A DNA stretch of 64,000 nt from NCBI RefSeq assembly GCF_964355755.1, contig NC_092674.1:23188001-23252000 (forward strand), given 5' to 3'. Both the position numbers and the translations under genes were made by a program. Positions within the stretch are counted from its first letter, which is position 1. Every line of letters begins with the position of its first letter. The notes under the pieces are model-generated. The model saw only the letters and a program-made list of their open reading frames with translations. It searched no databases and was not told the DNA's origin. This DNA comes from Antedon mediterranea. Its lineage: Eukaryota; Animalia; Echinodermata. Shown here one piece after another: positions 61,101 through 64,000 of this stretch.

Positions 61101-63937
61101 TAGTAATCAGCGCAATTATGATTTGTCGTACCCAGTACCTATTTGTAAACCTGGGTAGAGAGAGGCAAACGCAAGTGAATTGTCTTAGGACACAAGCAAG
61201 GCGAAGAGTGGTGGATTCACTGCGACACATGCCCTTGCATAGCCTTTCATTGTTTACTGTGTGTTAAATGTCTATCCCTCCTGTATTGTACATTGATGTA
61301 TATCCACCATTTTATGTATGTTATCTCTATAGGGCTCTACAGAGGAAAAGGCCTATAAGAAACGTAGCGATTTTCTGAGCAATGATGATTATGCATTGTA
61401 TATACGTGAAAATATTCAAGTTGGTATGACAATACGTTGCTGTCGAACTTATGAAGAAGTCAGAGAAGGTGATATTGGCAAAGTTGTTAAGGTAAAAGAG
61501 TTCAAATTCTGATTTATTTGCTCATAAAACAAAATAAATACAAAATAATAAATATAACATTTTTGAGAATCAAGTGAGAGTACAAAGGCTTCATTACTCT
61601 AAAAAAAATGCAGGGAATCATGTCATCCTAAAGTTACATTAAAAACTCTACTTTAATTTAAATTTGTTACAATTGTGCACCTGATTAAATATTATACAAA
61701 TAATGAATGTTGATGAGTGCAATGGAACAAATAATTTCTTGAAAGTTAAATATCATATTTTTGAATTACTTGTGACCCATTAAATGACAGGAATAGATTA
61801 TTATATATATATATATATATATGTTTAAATATCTATACTGCTGTTTTTGCAGTTGGATCGAGATGGACTTCATGATCTAAATGTTCAAGGTGATTGGCAG
61901 ATCAAAGGAGGTACCTATTGGGTGCGATATATACATGTTGAGCTTCTCGGGTTACAGGCGAAAGGTGCACCTGGAACTAACATCAAAATAGGTGACAGGG
62001 TGCGTGTCAGACGCACAGTTTCATCTCCCAAATATCGATGGGGATCGGTCACACACCAGAGCATTGGTACTGTTACAGGTATTGTGCATTTTTATGCTTT
62101 TTACGTTTTTGTGAACTTCAAAGAACGTCATTGTCCGATATTTGTCTGGTTACTTTGTTCACTGATATACTGTACTAGAAGAAATACCTGCACAGTGTGG
62201 GTACTCCACTCCCCTCCAGTAGTTTGAATATACTGTACTAGAAGAAATACCTGCACAGTGTGGGTACTCCACTCCCCTCCAGTAGTTTGAATATACTGTA
62301 CTAGAAGAAATACCTGCACAGTGTGGGTACTCCACTCCCTCCAGTAGTTTGAATATACTGTACTAGAAGAAATACCTGCACAGTGTGGGTACTCCACTCC
62401 CCTCCAGTAGTTTGAATATACTGTACTAGAAGAAATACCTGCACAGTGTGGGTACTCCACTCCCCTCCAGTAGTTTGAATATACTGTACTAGAAGAAATA
62501 CCTGCACAGTGTGGGTACTCCACTCCCCTCCAGTAGTTTGAATATACTGTACTAGAAGAAATACCTGCACAGTGTGGGTACTCCACTCCCCTCCAGTAGT
62601 TTTAAACCTGCCCAGTACAAATTCAGGTCACGTTGATATCCCATTTACTCCCAATCCACAACCCTTCCATTACATTTTTGAAGTGTAGTTGAATTTTCCA
62701 TATTTCTATTCATTTTTATACCTCCCACTCCCGGCATTACACTTGGGTCATATGGTATCGCTATTGCTCTTTTCAGGGTTTAGTGCAGATGGTAAAGATG
62801 TGACTGTAAACTTCCAGCAACAGCCACATTGGACAGGATTGGTATCAGAAATGGAACTGGTTCCTTGTGTTCACCAGAACGTTACGTAAGTAAAGCAACT
62901 TGGAAAAATAAAATATCGGGAGAATTTTGTAAAGCATGTCCAAACTATAGCGAGTGTTGCAATAATTCGAAAATTATCTCAAACTACCAAAGGCAGAAAA
63001 GGTTGAGAATATTGTGTTTTAGTGGGAAATGTCAAAAATATCGAGAACCTATCAACATTATCAGGTTATTTTTTTTATTGTTTATCCAAAATATCGGGAG
63101 AAATTATATTTTAATAACTGTATTTTGTCTTGTAACTGTATTTTGTCTTTATGTCTTTTATGTGTAAACTGACTTTGGGGTTGGGTCAACCGACTCAGCT
63201 ACAGTGATTAAGTTGACTAAGGTTGACCCTGGTCTCCCCAATTTCATTTTTTTTGTTATGTATATACTCAAATAGACCAAATAAATAATGAATGAAATGA
63301 AATTTTAGTGGGAGAGTGGAATATTGAGAGACTTTGGTAAAGTTACTCTATAATTCACACCAGGTCAAGACAAAACTTGAAGATTCTCACCAAGATTGAA
63401 ATTCATCACATTAGTACTAACTTCCACATGAGTAGAACACTTCCTTTGGAACATCTCTATTAAGGGAACATTTTCTTGTAAAACTTACCGAAAGAAATAT
63501 ATGTTTTACTGCTTTATCACTACAGTCGACCCTTTTTCATGGAACACCCCTGGTGTTAGGGTTAGGGTTAGATAAAGTTTCTTATACAAACTAGGTAGCA
63601 AAAACATCTTTACCTCTATCCTTGTTATTGTATTTGTATGTTTAATGTTCGATGTAAAACATATTACTCAAAAATGTTTGTTTCCTTTATTTCCCTCATT
63701 CATTATAATAATTTTGGACTTTTAAGCGCATAATGCATCTCTATGCGCTTTACATAAAAATTACAGGCTGCATAGTTATATTCTGTATTGTTGTTTTCAG
63801 ATGTGATGGGTGTCAGATGTCGCCTTTAACTGGTTGTCGTTACAAATGTCGTATATGTGCTAATTTTGACTACTGCGAGAAATGCTACAGATCAAAGCGA
63901 TGTCATCGACACACATTTATGCGTATGGCTGTACCAG
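34162..63937 (+). CDS. HERC2: E3 ubiquitin-protein ligase HERC2, 5' part (41 coding exons, about 2778 codons; gene continues past the window)
   Basis: Exons: 34162-34245, 35480-35597, 36404-36604, 37239-37455, 38301-38561, 39238-39520, 40226-40390, 40924-41118, 41806-41957, 42509-42666, 43001-43117, 43567-43738, 44171-44444, 44834-45034, 45202-45430, 45733-46012, 46510-46697, 47119-47274, 47942-48127, 48463-48651, 48863-48954, 49331-49963, 50487-50700, 51166-51473, 52041-52174, 52686-53008, 53401-53573, 53941-54133, 54798-54980, 55543-55727, 56425-56575, 57007-57194, 57871-58092, 58433-58589, 59275-59525, 59971-60235, 60477-60682, 61333-61491, 61853-62078, 62777-62885, 63801-63937. All phases are consistent. 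Signature peptides recognised from HERC2: [99 protein letters not shown]. Confidence 0.97.
34340..34771. mobile_element. Family D element in reverse orientation, interrupted by a palindromic MITE at about 34518-34678
   Basis: Ends GAAACAATACATCT|TTAA. The inner element has inverted arms GTTCCGGTCCA/TGGACCGGAAC, CAATGTTTC/GAAACATTG and GCTATGCGC/GCGCATAGC. Confidence 0.6.
35128..35365 (-). mobile_element. 5S rRNA-derived SINE (SINE3-type)
   Basis: Minus strand starts TACGGCTTTACCACATTGAAACATGGTTCTTATCAGATCAACGAAGTTAGGCAACCATGGGCCTGGTTAG, which is colinear with animal 5S rRNA. A non-5S body follows, and its last 25 nt recur exactly at 633-657. Confidence 0.75.
35663..35980. mobile_element. MITE with long imperfect TIRs
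   Basis: ATACCCTTTTCACACCTGCA...TTGTAACCAGG versus CCTGGTTACAA...TGCTGATGTGAATAGGGTAT. Confidence 0.65.
36800..37081. mobile_element. Family D element, reverse orientation, truncated at one end
   Basis: Ends GTCTGATTTTATTAATCTT...CATGTTTTGGGGGGACAATACATCT|TTAA, showing the empty site relative to the 22040 insertion. Confidence 0.7.
37469..37547. mobile_element. MITE family A, internally deleted copy
   Basis: TTA|AGCTTTGTCTACACTA...TAGTGTAGACAGAGCT|TTA. Confidence 0.75.
37569..37642 (+). pseudogene. Degenerate tRNA-like sequence (tRNA pseudogene or SINE head)
   Basis: GCCCCAGTGGTCTAATGGCTAGGAC (A-box, D-arm), stem TCTGT/GCAGA, degenerate T-arm and a TGGGCA end followed by a T run. The T-loop and anticodon loop are non-canonical. 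Confidence 0.5.
39883..40189. mobile_element. Tc1/pogo-like MITE family C with an internal insertion
   Basis: TA|CAGTAGAAC...GTTCTACTG|TA. Other copies at about 23250-23410, 43146-43281, 43796-43950, 48182-48345 and 63430-63550. Confidence 0.7.
40453..40614. mobile_element. MITE family A, full copy
   Basis: AGCTCTGTCTACACTATCAAACT...AGTGTAGACAGAGCT. Further partial copies at about 41154-41236, 53287-53375, 58816-58941 and 59630-59690. Confidence 0.8.
40924..44444 (+). CDS. HERC2: HERC2 RCC1-like domain 1 (RLD1) exons
   Basis: RCC1 blades [57 protein letters not shown] and [12 protein letters not shown]. Confidence 0.93.
41265..41776. mobile_element. Kolobok-like TTAA-flanked element (family D TIRs, partly different body)
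   Basis: TTAA|AGATGTATTGTCCCTT...AAGGGACAATGCATCT|TTAA. Confidence 0.75.
46205..46460 (-). mobile_element. Deu-domain tRNA SINE, diverged copy; fragments also at about 45525-45600 (+) and 52330-52405 (-)
   Basis: Reverse complement has TGGCCAAGCGGTTAAG, GTCTTCTCGGATAAGGAC and GAGACGAGTAGGGG, matching 2897-3222. Confidence 0.75.
46727..46906. mobile_element. Small palindromic MITE
   Basis: TTTTCCTGTCGAC...GTCGACATGAAAA ends with internal ATCGTTAAC/GTTAACGAT. Confidence 0.5.
47293..47408. mobile_element. Short TTAA-flanked fold-back element (Kolobok-like)
   Basis: TTAA|AGTGACCCTCCGAGTTACTGA...TCAGTAACTTGGGTGGTTACT|TTAA. Confidence 0.65.
48463..48954 (+). CDS. HERC2: HERC2 cytochrome b5-like domain (2 exons)
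   Basis: [73 protein letters not shown]. Confidence 0.9.
50090..50330 (+). mobile_element. 5'-truncated L2/CR1-clade LINE 3' end
   Basis: Encodes [21 protein letters not shown]...F.KELKTHIF (frameshifted ORF2 C-terminus), then an AGCGCC...GGCGCT stem-loop and a (TTA)n tail. Confidence 0.8.
53401..54133 (+). CDS. HERC2: HERC2 MIB-HERC2 domain exons
   Basis: [18 protein letters not shown]|[44 protein letters not shown]. Confidence 0.93.
55755..56283. repeat. 18-bp minisatellite (CCCTAGAGTCTAAGTACA)n: about 23 near-perfect units from 55866 plus degenerate 5' units
   Basis: Directly visible in HERC2 intron 30; variant units carry GAGACT or GTTAA. Confidence 0.97.
57381..57698. repeat. 19-bp perfect tandem repeat (AACAATACAACAACAATGA)n, about 16.7 copies
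   Basis: Directly visible in HERC2 intron 32. Confidence 0.97.
61333..63937 (+). CDS. HERC2: HERC2 CPH domain and ZZ zinc finger exons
   Basis: [44 protein letters not shown] (CPH) and [28 protein letters not shown]...H.H (ZZ). Confidence 0.93.
62165..62602. repeat. 63-bp minisatellite, 7 copies (one unit is 62 bp)
   Basis: TGTACTAGAA recurs at 62171, 62234, 62297, 62359, 62422, 62485 and 62548, in HERC2 intron 39. Confidence 0.97.
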
Positions 63938-64000
63938 GTATGTTGACAAAAATGTAACCAATACCAACAGGGATACTGCATTGTCACTGTTTCTCTAATT

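Noticed and set aside
62165-62602. CRISPR-like appearance of the regular arrays (also 31692-32137 and 22893-23140)
   Set aside because: Units are head-to-tail with no unique spacers, there are no cas genes, and the context is eukaryotic introns or intergenic DNA. They are minisatellites.
63556-63572. Interstitial telomere (TTAGGG)n
   Set aside because: Only about 2.5 units, adjacent to a MITE fragment; too short to be meaningful.
34162-63937. U12-type or non-canonical introns and intronic snoRNAs
   Set aside because: All inferred introns are GT-AG with no GTATCCT donor, and I saw no convincing C/D or H/ACA structure by eye. A covariance-model scan would be needed to exclude them.

Overview
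AT-rich, intron-rich animal genomic DNA. An invertebrate deuterostome such as an echinoderm is plausible, but this is inferred only from the repeat types. Three protein-coding genes were rebuilt by hand from GT-AG splice sites, with consistent reading-frame phases. (1) + strand, 1520-19746: 27 exons, about 1356 aa, a secreted SVEP1/SCUBE-like mosaic of CCP/sushi, EGF/cbEGF, ephrin-receptor-like and HYR domains. (2) - strand, 31098-24497: 10 coding exons, about 454 aa, a TBC-domain Rab-GAP with intact R- and Q-finger motifs. (3) + strand, from 34162 and running off the window: HERC2, 41 coding exons and about 2778 codons, covering RLD1, cytochrome b5-like, MIB-HERC2, UBA-like, CPH and ZZ domains. 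Genes 1 and 2 converge; genes 2 and 3 diverge across about 3 kb. Introns carry many non-autonomous elements (Harbinger-, Tc1/pogo-, Kolobok- and hAT-like MITEs, Helentron-type elements, Deu-domain tRNA SINEs, a 5S-derived SINE, an L2/CR1 3' end) and five minisatellites. I see no CRISPR array, no prokaryotic system and no clearly new multi-gene system. The best leads are a Cys-rich N-terminal HERC2 module, an atypical b5 heme pocket, a LIR-like motif in the Rab-GAP, and several repeat and promoter structures.
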